Source of the DNA: Halomicronema hongdechloris C2206
Lineage (GTDB): Bacteria > Cyanobacteriota > Cyanobacteriia > Phormidesmidales > Phormidesmidaceae
DNA: 32,000 nucleotides
NCBI RefSeq assembly: GCF_002075285.3
Contig: NZ_CP021983.2
Location: 3,630,001 to 3,662,000 of the forward strand
Reading direction: 5' to 3'
Every line of letters begins with the position of its first letter. Positions within the stretch are counted from its first letter, which is position 1. Positions 17,951 through 26,952 of this stretch are shown here, in pieces. The notes under the pieces were generated by a model. That model did not search any database, was not told where the DNA came from, and worked only from the letters and a program-made list of their open reading frames with translations. Both the position numbers and the translations under genes were made by a program.

Positions 17951-18805
17951 ATGACTTCTTCACAGTCAGAGTGGATTGATGGCCAGCTTAAGCTTAGTGC
18001 TATTTCCCAAACTAATCTGCAACTTTGGCAACAGTTGCAGAGGGCAGGGTATAGTAGCCACGATCTAAAACTAATAAACCGTGCCTATCAAGCGGCCATG
18101 ATTTTATTTTCAGGTCGCTTTCGGGCATCAGGAAAATCGTTTATTGCCCACCTTGTTGGCACAGCAAGTATTCTAGGTCATCTAGGTGTATCAGCACCAT
18201 TGGTGGCTGCAGGCTTATTGCATGCAGCCTATGACTTTGGGGATTTTGGTGGTTGGAAGCGTTCGGGTATTACAGCGACTAAGCGAATGTGGTTGTGTCG
18301 TGAAGTTGGCAGTCAAGTCGAGCAATATATCACTGCGTATTCAGCTTTAGCCTGGAACTCAAATACAATTCCTACTATCAAAAGGTGCTCATACAAGTGG
18401 GAGAAAATTGAACGAAGTGCTCTTTTAATACGTCTGGCTAACGAGTTAGAGGAATACCTTGATTTAGGAATACTTTATTGTGGCAAAAAAAGCCAAATAT
18501 ATAACCAGCATCAGTCTGATCTCATTGTTGAACTTGCCAGGGCTCTTAATTTTCCTAGATTAGCTCAGGCATTAGCCTCCGCGCAGCAGGTTGTAGAATA
18601 TTCTCAGGTATTACCGGAGCTAGTGAATCCAACAAATGCTTCTGGTTCAGCCCTAATTACACCCTATTCGTGTTGTCGAACTCTCATTACCAAACTAACT
18701 CAAAATCGTATTATCCGATTATTTGAACAAATATTCAATAGACCCTATTTTCAAAGAGATCTCAGTTGCAATCCTTTACTTAAACACAGACGTAAGGCAA
18801 TATGA
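17951..18805 (+). CDS. hypothetical protein with degenerate RelA/SpoT-type HD (HD_4-like) motif pattern
   Basis: aa 42-100 read INRAYQAAMILFSGRFRASGKSFIAHLVGTASILGHLGVSAPLVAAGLLHAAYDFGDF. This parallels the SpoT hydrolase pattern A..A..H.GQ.R.SG.PYI.HP..VA.IL..D..AALLHD..ED, with HD replaced by HA. The stop overlaps the flippase start (ATGA at 18802-18805). Confidence 0.5.
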   Translation: MTSSQSEWIDGQLKLSAISQTNLQLWQQLQRAGYSSHDLKLINRAYQAAMILFSGRFRASGKSFIAHLVGTASILGHLGVSAPLVAAGLLHAAYDFGDFGGWKRSGITATKRMWLCREVGSQVEQYITAYSALAWNSNTIPTIKRCSYKWEKIERSALLIRLANELEEYLDLGILYCGKKSQIYNQHQSDLIVELARALNFPRLAQALASAQQVVEYSQVLPELVNPTNASGSALITPYSCCRTLITKLTQNRIIRLFEQIFNRPYFQRDLSCNPLLKHRRKAI

Positions 18806-20265
18806 ACTTTAAAGCCCAGGTTATTAAGGGGGCAATTTGGTCACTGATTCAGGGTTGGGGAACACAGTTTGGATCGCTAGCTGTGTTCTTTTTGTTAGCA
18901 CGGTTACTAACACCAGAGGCTTTTGGATTAGTCGCACTTGCGAATGTTTTTCTAGCATTCATGCAGGTTTTTTTAAGCCAAGGTTTTGCCGATGCTATCG
19001 TGCAGAAAGAAGGACTTAAATCTGAGCATCTCGATGCTGCATTTTGGACTAGCTTAGCTCTAGGAAGTGCATTAATGGTGATCGGATTAGCAACTTCAAC
19101 ACAGATAGCTAATCTCTTTCAAAAACCACAACTTGCTTCGGTGCTTTCCTGGTTTTCTATCATATTACTAATCAATTCTCTTTGTAGTGTTCACCAAGCC
19201 CAACTTCAGCGCCAGTTCGCTTTCAGAGCCCTCGCTTTGCGTCACTTAGTTGGCATAGTTGGTGGTGGCATCATTGGCATTATTATGGCCTTGAACGGTC
19301 TAGGAGTCTGGGCCCTAGTTGGTCAGCAATTTACTCAGGAATTAGTTGGTGTAATTGTTCTCTGGAATGCCGTGGATTGGAAGCCCAAGTTGAATTTTTC
19401 TGTTGAACATTGGCAAGAACTACTAAACTTTGGATTAAATCAGTTAGGATTTGGGTTGTTAGGCTTTATCAATAACAGAGCTGATGATTTCTTGATTGGC
19501 TTCTATCTTGGTCCTACGAGTTTGGGTTACTACAGCCTAGCCTATCGCATCTTGTCAGCAATGACTAATTTACTGATCAATAGTAGTAATCAGGTAGCGC
19601 TTCCCACATTCTCACGTCTACAGAATAATTTGGAACGCTGCCGAATTGCTTTCTGTAGTGCCACTAAATTGTCTAGCGCATTGGCTTTTCCTACTTTCTG
19701 TTGTATAGCACTACTCTCTCCTGAATTTATTACATTACTTTTTGGGGAGCAATGGCTGCCATCTGTACCCGTTTTACAAGTGTTATCTATCGTGGGAGCA
19801 TTACGATCAGTTACATACTTTAAGTCTTCAGTTTTTTTGGCTATGGGTAAACCAAGCTGGAAGCTACGGCTCGGCGTAGTTAGTTCAACATTGAATATTG
19901 TCGGTTTCTTTGTGGCTGTACGCTGGGGAATTGTTGCTGTATCCATCGCTTACTTAGTCCGTGCTTGTATTATGTTTCCTATTAGTCAGTTAGCTGTCAG
20001 TAAATTAATCAGTGTTTCCTTTAACAAATATTTAAAGCAATTTATCCCGTCAGTTGTCAGCACCTTAGTTATGATATTTTGTATGACTTTAATATCTAAC
20101 TTGACCGAGGATCTATCTAATCTAGCCATAAAAATACTATGTGTATCATCAGCAGGATTGACAGCATACATTCTAGCGCTTTATTGTTTTGAGCCAAAGT
20201 TCTTCGAGCGAATCCGGGGTATCGGGATGCTCTTACTCAAACGAGTTCAACAAGAGCAAAATTAA
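18802..20265 (+). CDS. Wzx-type (MOP/PST family) polysaccharide flippase
   Basis: 487 aa with about 12-14 TM helices. The N-terminus is typical of polysaccharide biosynthesis proteins (KGAIWSLIQGWGTQFGSLAVFFLLARLLTPEAFGLVALA). Confidence 0.85.
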   Translation: MNFKAQVIKGAIWSLIQGWGTQFGSLAVFFLLARLLTPEAFGLVALANVFLAFMQVFLSQGFADAIVQKEGLKSEHLDAAFWTSLALGSALMVIGLATSTQIANLFQKPQLASVLSWFSIILLINSLCSVHQAQLQRQFAFRALALRHLVGIVGGGIIGIIMALNGLGVWALVGQQFTQELVGVIVLWNAVDWKPKLNFSVEHWQELLNFGLNQLGFGLLGFINNRADDFLIGFYLGPTSLGYYSLAYRILSAMTNLLINSSNQVALPTFSRLQNNLERCRIAFCSATKLSSALAFPTFCCIALLSPEFITLLFGEQWLPSVPVLQVLSIVGALRSVTYFKSSVFLAMGKPSWKLRLGVVSSTLNIVGFFVAVRWGIVAVSIAYLVRACIMFPISQLAVSKLISVSFNKYLKQFIPSVVSTLVMIFCMTLISNLTEDLSNLAIKILCVSSAGLTAYILALYCFEPKFFERIRGIGMLLLKRVQQEQN

Positions 20266-20298
20266 ATTACAAAATACTTTAAGTTATTATTCGTTTCC

Positions 20299-21228
20299 AT
20301 GAGGCATATGGAATTCAAACCTCTTGAATTTTCAATCATTATTCCCACCTATAATCGGCCTGATCGCCTGCGGCAGTGCCTGCAGAGCCTGACCCAATTA
20401 GACTACCCTCGCACTTGTTTCGAAGTGATTGTGGTGGATGATGGTAGCCCGCAGCCCCTCACTCCCGTGATCAAACAATTTGAGTCTACTTTGAGTCTGC
20501 AACTGATGCGCCAGCGTAATGCTGGTCCTGCCAGTGCCCGTAATACTGGCGCGACCGCTGCCCAGGGTGCCTACCTAGTCTTCACCGACGACGATTGCCA
20601 ACCCCAGCCTAACTGGCTGATGGCCCTGGCAGCAGCCATTGCTAAGGTCCCTGGGGCTCTCATCGGCGGCCATACCCTTAATGCCCTGCCCCATAACCCC
20701 TACTCGACGGCCAGCCAGTTGCTGATCGATTATCTCTACGATTACTACAACCAAGCTCAGGGAGAGGCAACCTTTTTTGCCTCGAATAATTTTGCCGTTC
20801 CTCGAGATCAGTATCAAACTCTAGGAGGCTTTGATACTAGTTTTCCTCTGGCTGCCGGAGAAGATCGGGAGTTTTGCGATCGCTGGCGACACCATGGCTT
20901 CCCCATGTGTTACGCCCCCGAAGTAGAAACTCATCACGCCCATACCCTAACCCTGGCCTCCTTTTGGCGCCAGCACTTCAACTACGGTCGCGGGGCCTTT
21001 TACTTCCACCACATCCGTAGCCAGCGCCAAGCCGACGCTATGGGGGTAGAGCCCTTGTCTTTTTATACTCGTCTGTTGACCTATCCCCTGTCTCGGGAAC
21101 TGAGTTGGCGAGCTGGCCTAATTGCAGGGCTGCTTTTCCTATCCCAAGTTGCCAATGTGGCTGGATTCTTCTGGGAACGACGCCACCAGCAAGCCTCGCC
21201 GCCAGCGGCTACGGCGGCGTCTTCGTAA
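20299..21228 (+). CDS. family 2 glycosyltransferase (high-GC, native-looking)
   Basis: FSIIIPTYNRPDRLRQCLQSL, VIVVDDGS and FTDDDC (DxD). Contains a HIP1 site at 20876-20883. Confidence 0.85.
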   Translation: MRHMEFKPLEFSIIIPTYNRPDRLRQCLQSLTQLDYPRTCFEVIVVDDGSPQPLTPVIKQFESTLSLQLMRQRNAGPASARNTGATAAQGAYLVFTDDDCQPQPNWLMALAAAIAKVPGALIGGHTLNALPHNPYSTASQLLIDYLYDYYNQAQGEATFFASNNFAVPRDQYQTLGGFDTSFPLAAGEDREFCDRWRHHGFPMCYAPEVETHHAHTLTLASFWRQHFNYGRGAFYFHHIRSQRQADAMGVEPLSFYTRLLTYPLSRELSWRAGLIAGLLFLSQVANVAGFFWERRHQQASPPAATAASS

Positions 21229-21251
21229 TCGATAGCACTAGGTGTCTTGGC

Positions 21252-22991
21252 TTAGTCTGCGGGGTCCGCTGGGACGAAGCCAGCGTCAATGCCCTGAGCT
21301 GGGTTGCGTAGACGGATAGCTTTATCGCCGGGAGCACAGGGCAGTGGGGCATCCCAACACTGTCCCCGATCATTGTTGGGGGAGACATAGTTAACGTCGT
21401 AGGATTGTCTGACTTCAACGTCGGTTGTTGGCATAGCTGGTGGTAACAGCCAGCGCGCAGGCATATCTGACCGTAGCAGGTGCAGGGCACCCACTACCCC
21501 GAAGCCGGCCCAAAAGGCCAGGAAGATGAGATTATGCAAGGTTTGGCCGGAAACCCCCTGAGGCAAGCGGCCATGACTTCGGCTGACGGCGAACGGTCTC
21601 AACAGTGCGATCGCAACGGCTGGGGTCATGACGAAGTAACCGAGGCCGAAGCGTATCATCGGCGCCCGCAGCAGAATAAATAGCATTCCCAGCAGACTGA
21701 GGCCAAACAGCCAGGGAGTGCCGGCAAGCTTGTGCTGGCGGGCAACCCCAAACGTGCCCCCCCTACCCGCGATAGACACAACTAAGATAGACACAACTAA
21801 CAGCACCAACATCACCACATTGAGGCGGGCAAACTGCAGCCACTGCCACAACCGCCACAACAATGAGTTGGTCTCGGCGGGGGGCGTCCCAAAAGCATTA
21901 TCCCAGATTCGGATCACCTCTGCCGCCGCATCCGCTTGGGCCGCCGAGAGCCGCCAGGGCACCTCTAAGCAGAGGGCAGCGGAGGGATAAAAGGGACAAC
22001 CTGACGTGATGATCCCAAAGGCCATGAAGGGCACCATCAGCCCTGCAGCCAGTACTCCGCCGACGAGTAATCGCCGCAGCGTCCATGGACGCTGCCTCCA
22101 ATAAAACAGCAGTGCTACTGGGAGTAATGGTAGGGCTGACAGCTTGATGGAAACGGCTGCCGTCGCCAGGATCAGCGGAATCAAAGTGGCATCCCACCCC
22201 GATGGTGTAGCAGATCCTGATGGCAATGGCGGCTGATTAGCCACCACGAGGAGGCTCCAAGCCACCATCCCAGTCAGAAAAATCACCGGAATATCGGGGG
22301 ACGGAGACAGCAGAATCGCGGATAAAAACGACGTCAGGGTCATGGCAGGCAACACCAACCCTAAAAAGATCACCATGAATTTGTCGGGGAAGCGGGCCCG
22401 ACCGGTGAGCCAGCGTCGCAGCCCCATCAGCCCCTGCCCGGTTGCGAGCAGCAAAGCGAGCCCGTTGGTGATGGCACTCACCTGGGATGCGATCGGGGCG
22501 GCATTCAGCGGAGCCGCCAGGGCAAACCAGGCGGAGGTAAAGCCAAAGTTTTCCATCAGCAGGGCCAAGCCAGGGACGGCACCATAGTCCGATAGCCAGC
22601 GAATCGCCCCATAGTGATAGAGTCCGGTATCATACCAGGTCACTCGTCGAGTCATGTAGGTTGCCACCACTGCCACCCACGCGATCGTCGCCACCACCAG
22701 CGGCCAAGACACCTGCCGCCAGAGTTTGCTTAGGTCGGCGCGAACGGGTGCCCAGGCCAGCAAGAGCAGGGATGCGATCGCAACGCCTGCCCCCACCATG
22801 GGCGATAGCGGTAGGCCCAGCGACAGCAACAACAACCCCTGCGACAGCAGGCCAATTCCCAACCATAGAGCCACCATGGCGCGATCACCGACCCGATCGA
22901 AACAGTCAGCCCGCCACCCATGCAGTAAGGCCGTGCCCATCAGCCAGCTCACACCCCCTAGTAAGCTCCACACCGCGATGAAATACAGCAT
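21252..22991 (-). CDS. large polytopic membrane protein, candidate glycan polymerase or GT-C-like enzyme (function not established)
   Basis: 579 aa. It is almost entirely hydrophobic helices (more than 12), with a soluble C-terminal tail of about 70 aa carrying a Cys pair (GQCWDAPLPCAPG). It converges on the glycan cluster. I recognise no specific family signature with confidence. Confidence 0.55.
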   Translation of the reverse strand: MLYFIAVWSLLGGVSWLMGTALLHGWRADCFDRVGDRAMVALWLGIGLLSQGLLLLSLGLPLSPMVGAGVAIASLLLLAWAPVRADLSKLWRQVSWPLVVATIAWVAVVATYMTRRVTWYDTGLYHYGAIRWLSDYGAVPGLALLMENFGFTSAWFALAAPLNAAPIASQVSAITNGLALLLATGQGLMGLRRWLTGRARFPDKFMVIFLGLVLPAMTLTSFLSAILLSPSPDIPVIFLTGMVAWSLLVVANQPPLPSGSATPSGWDATLIPLILATAAVSIKLSALPLLPVALLFYWRQRPWTLRRLLVGGVLAAGLMVPFMAFGIITSGCPFYPSAALCLEVPWRLSAAQADAAAEVIRIWDNAFGTPPAETNSLLWRLWQWLQFARLNVVMLVLLVVSILVVSIAGRGGTFGVARQHKLAGTPWLFGLSLLGMLFILLRAPMIRFGLGYFVMTPAVAIALLRPFAVSRSHGRLPQGVSGQTLHNLIFLAFWAGFGVVGALHLLRSDMPARWLLPPAMPTTDVEVRQSYDVNYVSPNNDRGQCWDAPLPCAPGDKAIRLRNPAQGIDAGFVPADPAD

Positions 22992-23336
22992 CCTGTCCTG
23001 TACCTCGCTAAACTCCCGCTAAAATCTGATGGCTCGTCACCACACACGTCGTGGTAGTCGCTATACCCCCTAACCTCCTTAAAAGTATCTAGAACAGCAC
23101 TGGGAAGGTAGGGGTCCTTGCAATCTTCATTCAATCTTGGAACCTAGCCGTGAAGAGCTCATTGGCGAAGCAACTCTTAGCCAGTCTGCCAGGCAATTGC
23201 GGTCATGGCTGCCAGCGAACTTGTACGGAGCCACAGGGGCTATCCATTGTGGATTTCAGTTTGCGGTGAGCTTCCTAGCCGTGGGGCTTGGGGTCTCGAT
23301 CCACTTTGCTGACGCTGCAAGCCCTAAGATGCCCTA

Positions 23337-24725
23337 TCAGGACGCGTTGATAATCTTCTTGAAAACATTGAGTTTACCGGCGTAGGGCGCGTATCGCCAG
23401 GCGAGATCAAACCAGAATGGCTTCTTCAGCACACTCTTCTGGTGAGAAAAGGTCTCAAAACTGGCTTTGCCGTGATAGGCACCGATGCCGCTGTCACCGA
23501 CACCACCAAAGGGCAGTCCCCAGATAGCGACTTGCAAAAATACATCATTCAGGCAAGCACCGCCAGAAGAGGTATTGGCCAGTACGTGGTCCTGGAGGGC
23601 CTGATTGCGGGTAAACAGGTACAACGCCAAGGGTTTGGGACGAGCATTAATCTGCGAGATCGCCGTCTCTATGTCCTGAAACGTCAACACCGGCAGAATT
23701 GGCCCAAAAATTTCGTCCTGCATGATGGCAGCATCCCAACTGACGTTGTCAAGGATTGTGGGGGCAATGTAGCGGGTGTCGCGGTCGGTGTCACCCCCAA
23801 TGGCGATCGCGTCTCCTGCCAGCAGGCGAGTCAACCGGTCAAACTGCCGATCGTTCACGATTCGCGCCAGGTCAGGGCTTGCAGCCGGATCTTCCCCAAA
23901 GAATGTTCGCAGGGTTTGTTGCAGGGCGGTCATGAGCGCCGGCTTAATGGCCTCGTGCACCAACAGATAGTCTGGGGCGATGCAGGTTTGTCCGGCGTTG
24001 ACGTACTTGCCCCAGATAATTCGTTTGGCAGTCACACCAATATCGACATCTTGGTCGACGATGCAGGGGCTTTTGCCACCTAGTTCTAACGTGACCGGCG
24101 TTAGCTGCTTAGCGGCAGCTTCCATGACAATTTTCCCCACTCGGGTACCGCCGGTAAAAAAGATATGGTCAACCTTCTGAGCCAGGAGGGCCTGAGCAGT
24201 TTCAACCCCTCCTTCCACGGCGGCGATGTAGTGGGGCTCGAAGGTGTCGTTGACTAACTGAGCGATCACCCTGGAGGTGGCAGGGGCTAGTTCCGAAGGC
24301 TTGAGAATGGCACAATTACCCGCCGCCATTGCTCCCATCAGCGGCGATATTAGCAGCTGAAATGGATAGTTCCACGGCCCAATGATCAGCACCGTGCCTA
24401 GGGGTTCCGGTTGCACCCAGGCTGACCCGGGCCATTGAGTCAGGGGCAAGCCAACCCGTCTTGGCTGAGCCCACCTGCGGAAGCGTTTGAGGATGTAGGT
24501 CAATTCATTGAGGACGCCCAGTTCAAAATAGCCCTCATACTCAGGGCGTCCCAGATCGGCTTTGGTGGCCGCCACAATCTCCGTTTGCCGCTGCAGCACT
24601 GCTGCTTTCAGACGTTTCAGTTGCTCTGCCCGGAACGTCAGGGATTTTGTTGCTCCGGTGGCAAAAAATGCCCGCTGCTGTTGCAGAATTTCAGCTGGGG
24701 CCCCAAGGCTAGAAAGCGCAGTCAT
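23337..24725 (-). CDS. aldehyde dehydrogenase, class-3-like
   Basis: FTGGTRVGK, catalytic Glu in LELGGKSP, catalytic Cys in AGQTCIAPDY, and EIFGPILPV. I prefer the start at MTALSS (ATG at 24725..24723) over the upstream ATG at 24764. Confidence 0.9.
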   Translation of the reverse strand: MTALSSLGAPAEILQQQRAFFATGATKSLTFRAEQLKRLKAAVLQRQTEIVAATKADLGRPEYEGYFELGVLNELTYILKRFRRWAQPRRVGLPLTQWPGSAWVQPEPLGTVLIIGPWNYPFQLLISPLMGAMAAGNCAILKPSELAPATSRVIAQLVNDTFEPHYIAAVEGGVETAQALLAQKVDHIFFTGGTRVGKIVMEAAAKQLTPVTLELGGKSPCIVDQDVDIGVTAKRIIWGKYVNAGQTCIAPDYLLVHEAIKPALMTALQQTLRTFFGEDPAASPDLARIVNDRQFDRLTRLLAGDAIAIGGDTDRDTRYIAPTILDNVSWDAAIMQDEIFGPILPVLTFQDIETAISQINARPKPLALYLFTRNQALQDHVLANTSSGGACLNDVFLQVAIWGLPFGGVGDSGIGAYHGKASFETFSHQKSVLKKPFWFDLAWRYAPYAGKLNVFKKIINAS

Positions 24726-24844
24726 ACCATCACAGTGCCATGCATCATTACTGATCTTATGCAATTTGCCAGGGCCTGCTATCTCCTTTCGTGCCCTCTA
24801 TCCCCGTAGCTGGCCCCGTGCTGGTGCATCTATGAGTGGCTACC

Positions 24845-25678
24845 CTACAGTTGTGCCTTGGCTCTGACCGTGTCGTAGAGGGTTTCCATGGCTTCAATAA
24901 AGGAGTTGTCCCGTTCCCAGAAGGCCGGGAAATCTCCCTGTTTCTTAACGGCGATGCCAGATACCGGGCTAGGATAGCAAGGGTCCATGGTTTGCGGTAG
25001 CCGCTTGGCGCCTTGCCAAAAATCTCGCAGATTGGTGCAACTGTCGGCTGCCGTGGTACGGAGCGGTGGGTAGTAGGACCCCATCGGTCGGGGAGGCTTT
25101 TTCTCAAGCTGGAGTTCGGCCGACAGCGCTTGCCCTAAGGGAGATTTCGCCAGTTCCTGGAGTAGGTTTTGCCGCGACAGCCCTCGCAGTTCAAACAACA
25201 GGAAGGGATCGCGGTCGAGCTCAGCCGCCACTAGATAGTAGACCCCGGCGATGTGCTTGCAGGGGTTGCTCCAGTCAGGGCAGGAGCAGTGGGCATCGAA
25301 GTCCTTGCGGCTGGCGGGCAGCAGGTGCAGATTCAGTTGCTTGAAGGTGTCTTCGATGGTGTCAGGAATTTCGTTCAGCAGCAGGCGGGAGATCAGGCTG
25401 GCTTTGGCGGCAATGTGTGCGATCGCATCGGACCACTGAGCCGCGCTGATCGGCTGAAACTCGATCGTCGTCGTGTAGAGGGGTTCTTCGTACACCCCAA
25501 AGTAGGGATTCACAGACCCACGCACCTGGGCGGAAACAATGCCGTCTTTAATGCCGAAGCTTTTGACCTTTTTGCCCCTGGCATAGGATCGTCCCCGACT
25601 GAGGCGCCCGGAGTCGGTCAGTTCCTCCATGGCTGCGATAAACTTCTGTCCCCACCAGGTGCGGCTAAACTGGCTCAT
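24845..25678 (-). CDS. SWIM zinc-finger protein
   Basis: 277 aa. N-terminal WWGQKFIAAME..GRLSRGRSYARGKKV and the SWIM CxCxnCxH signature CSCPDWSNPCKHIAGVYYL. Confidence 0.85.
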   Translation of the reverse strand: MSQFSRTWWGQKFIAAMEELTDSGRLSRGRSYARGKKVKSFGIKDGIVSAQVRGSVNPYFGVYEEPLYTTTIEFQPISAAQWSDAIAHIAAKASLISRLLLNEIPDTIEDTFKQLNLHLLPASRKDFDAHCSCPDWSNPCKHIAGVYYLVAAELDRDPFLLFELRGLSRQNLLQELAKSPLGQALSAELQLEKKPPRPMGSYYPPLRTTAADSCTNLRDFWQGAKRLPQTMDPCYPSPVSGIAVKKQGDFPAFWERDNSFIEAMETLYDTVRAKAQL

Positions 25679-25755
25679 CAGTCATACTCCGCGAACGGTT
25701 TCAAAGCATCGAGATGCAAGCAAAATGGTTGTTCCATCAATATTAGGAGACCCAA

Positions 25756-26376
25756 TCACCTTGTTTCGCCCAGGGCTTGCCGAAATTCTACGACCGCATC
25801 TAGCGGTTCCGGGTATTGAACGTAGGTAGCCAGCAGGGTGAGGTCCAAATCAGGGAGAAATTGGCTGCGATCGCACCGCTTGTACCCTTCCTCTAGCAGG
25901 TGATAGACCCTAAATTGCTGACCTTGCCAGAACCATACCTCTGCCACACTCAAGCCCTGATAAACGTCGAGCTTATTGATGCTGCCACTGGTGTGCACCA
26001 CTTCGATGGCAATGTCTGGCAATTCCTTATTGGTACCAATGCAAAACGACACATCCGGCTCGGCTCCGCGTCGTTTAGCTTCAACTGTAAAGGTGGTGGA
26101 CCCAAGACCATAAAAGCGGGTACGGGTTTCTTCGAAGTAGGCCCTCAGCAAGCCCGCGATGTTATCTTTCAAAACTTCGTGCCGACGACCGGGCATGGTA
26201 ATCTCTAGTGTCCCATCCAGATAGTGAACCCTCAGTCCGGGGAAATCGTCTCCCAGGTCAGAGAGCAGCGCTTCGTAAGCCTGCCAGCTGACCCCCGTAA
26301 TGGTGTATTGCTGATCGGTCTGGTCAGACAGTAGTTCGGGATGGGCGTTCAGTTTTTCTATAAGTAGGGGATTCAT
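25756..26376 (-). CDS. Uma2-family (DUF820) PD-(D/E)xK endonuclease
   Basis: SWQAYEALLSDLGD..RVHYLDGTLEITMPGRRHE..LL, PDVSF and PDIAIEVVHTSG match the Uma2 pattern common in cyanobacteria. Confidence 0.85.
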   Translation of the reverse strand: MNPLLIEKLNAHPELLSDQTDQQYTITGVSWQAYEALLSDLGDDFPGLRVHYLDGTLEITMPGRRHEVLKDNIAGLLRAYFEETRTRFYGLGSTTFTVEAKRRGAEPDVSFCIGTNKELPDIAIEVVHTSGSINKLDVYQGLSVAEVWFWQGQQFRVYHLLEEGYKRCDRSQFLPDLDLTLLATYVQYPEPLDAVVEFRQALGETR

Positions 26377-26594
26377 GGGAAAAAGCTGGGGAGAAGGATT
26401 GCAGAAAGCCTAGCATCATTAAGAATCTCTACTCTTTGACCATTGCCCGTTTGGTTAGTATAGTAGCCAGCCAAAATTGCTTGCTCGGTCGTTGTCAGGG
26501 CAGCGGCATAATTCGCCAGTCGTTCGTACAGGGACTCAATTTCTCTGACGTCAGCATCAATGTTCGCCTTGAGCAGGGCTGCCTGTGGATTCAT
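26373..26594 (-). CDS. short hypothetical protein (possible truncated partner of the upstream nucleotidyltransferase)
   Basis: 73 aa. It overlaps the NTase 3' end by 38 nt, and its stop overlaps the Uma2 start (ATGA at 26373-26376). A helical N-terminus (ALLKANIDADVREIESLYERLANYA) is followed by low-complexity sequence. No R-x4-H-x-Y HEPN motif is present. Confidence 0.35.
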   Translation of the reverse strand: MNPQAALLKANIDADVREIESLYERLANYAAALTTTEQAILAGYYTNQTGNGQRVEILNDARLSAILLPSFFP

Positions 26595-26952
26595 AGATCA
26601 GTTCTCCGGTCTGGCGAACGATATCGGCAAAGTGGCAGGGCTGGTTAATTTCTCGCAGGTCAATCGCCTGGTTGGGGTAGGCAGTTTCTAAATCACGCCA
26701 GAGGGCAAAGTAAGTGGCGGCATCAGTGCCCGCTACGGCAATGTCAATGTCGGAATGGTGGCGAAATTGTCCGGGCTGGGTAATGGAGCCAAACAGATAG
26801 ATCTGAGTGATTGCAGGATAGGCCGGAACAACCTCAAGAATAGCTGCAACGATCGCTTCATGGACCTGCGATCGCAACGCTTCCCGCGCTGCCCGCTGAT
26901 TGGCGGTTCGTTGGCGGAAGTTGTCGCGACATTGCTGCAGGTCAATTGCCAT
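26557..26952 (-). CDS. MNT-type nucleotidyltransferase-domain protein (type VII TA antitoxin-like)
   Basis: Pol-beta superfamily motif IYLFGSITQPGQFRHHSDIDIAV (GS..DxD). About 131 aa from the ATG at 26952 (MAIDLQQ). Confidence 0.8.
   Translation of the reverse strand: MAIDLQQCRDNFRQRTANQRAAREALRSQVHEAIVAAILEVVPAYPAITQIYLFGSITQPGQFRHHSDIDIAVAGTDAATYFALWRDLETAYPNQAIDLREINQPCHFADIVRQTGELIYESTGSPAQGEH

Noticed and set aside
12129-23130. A direct repeat of the tRNA-Cys 3' end (att-type) that would mark the distal island border, and an integrase gene.
   Set aside because: I did not find either by eye in the intergenic regions at 14.2, 16.8, 20.28 or 23.0-23.1 kb. The island boundary therefore rests only on composition and HIP1 evidence, and a computed repeat search is needed.
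23137-23385. 82-aa plus-strand ORF between the membrane protein gene and the ALDH gene.
   Set aside because: It has no motifs or SD sequence and overlaps the 3' end of the ALDH gene. It is most likely spacer.
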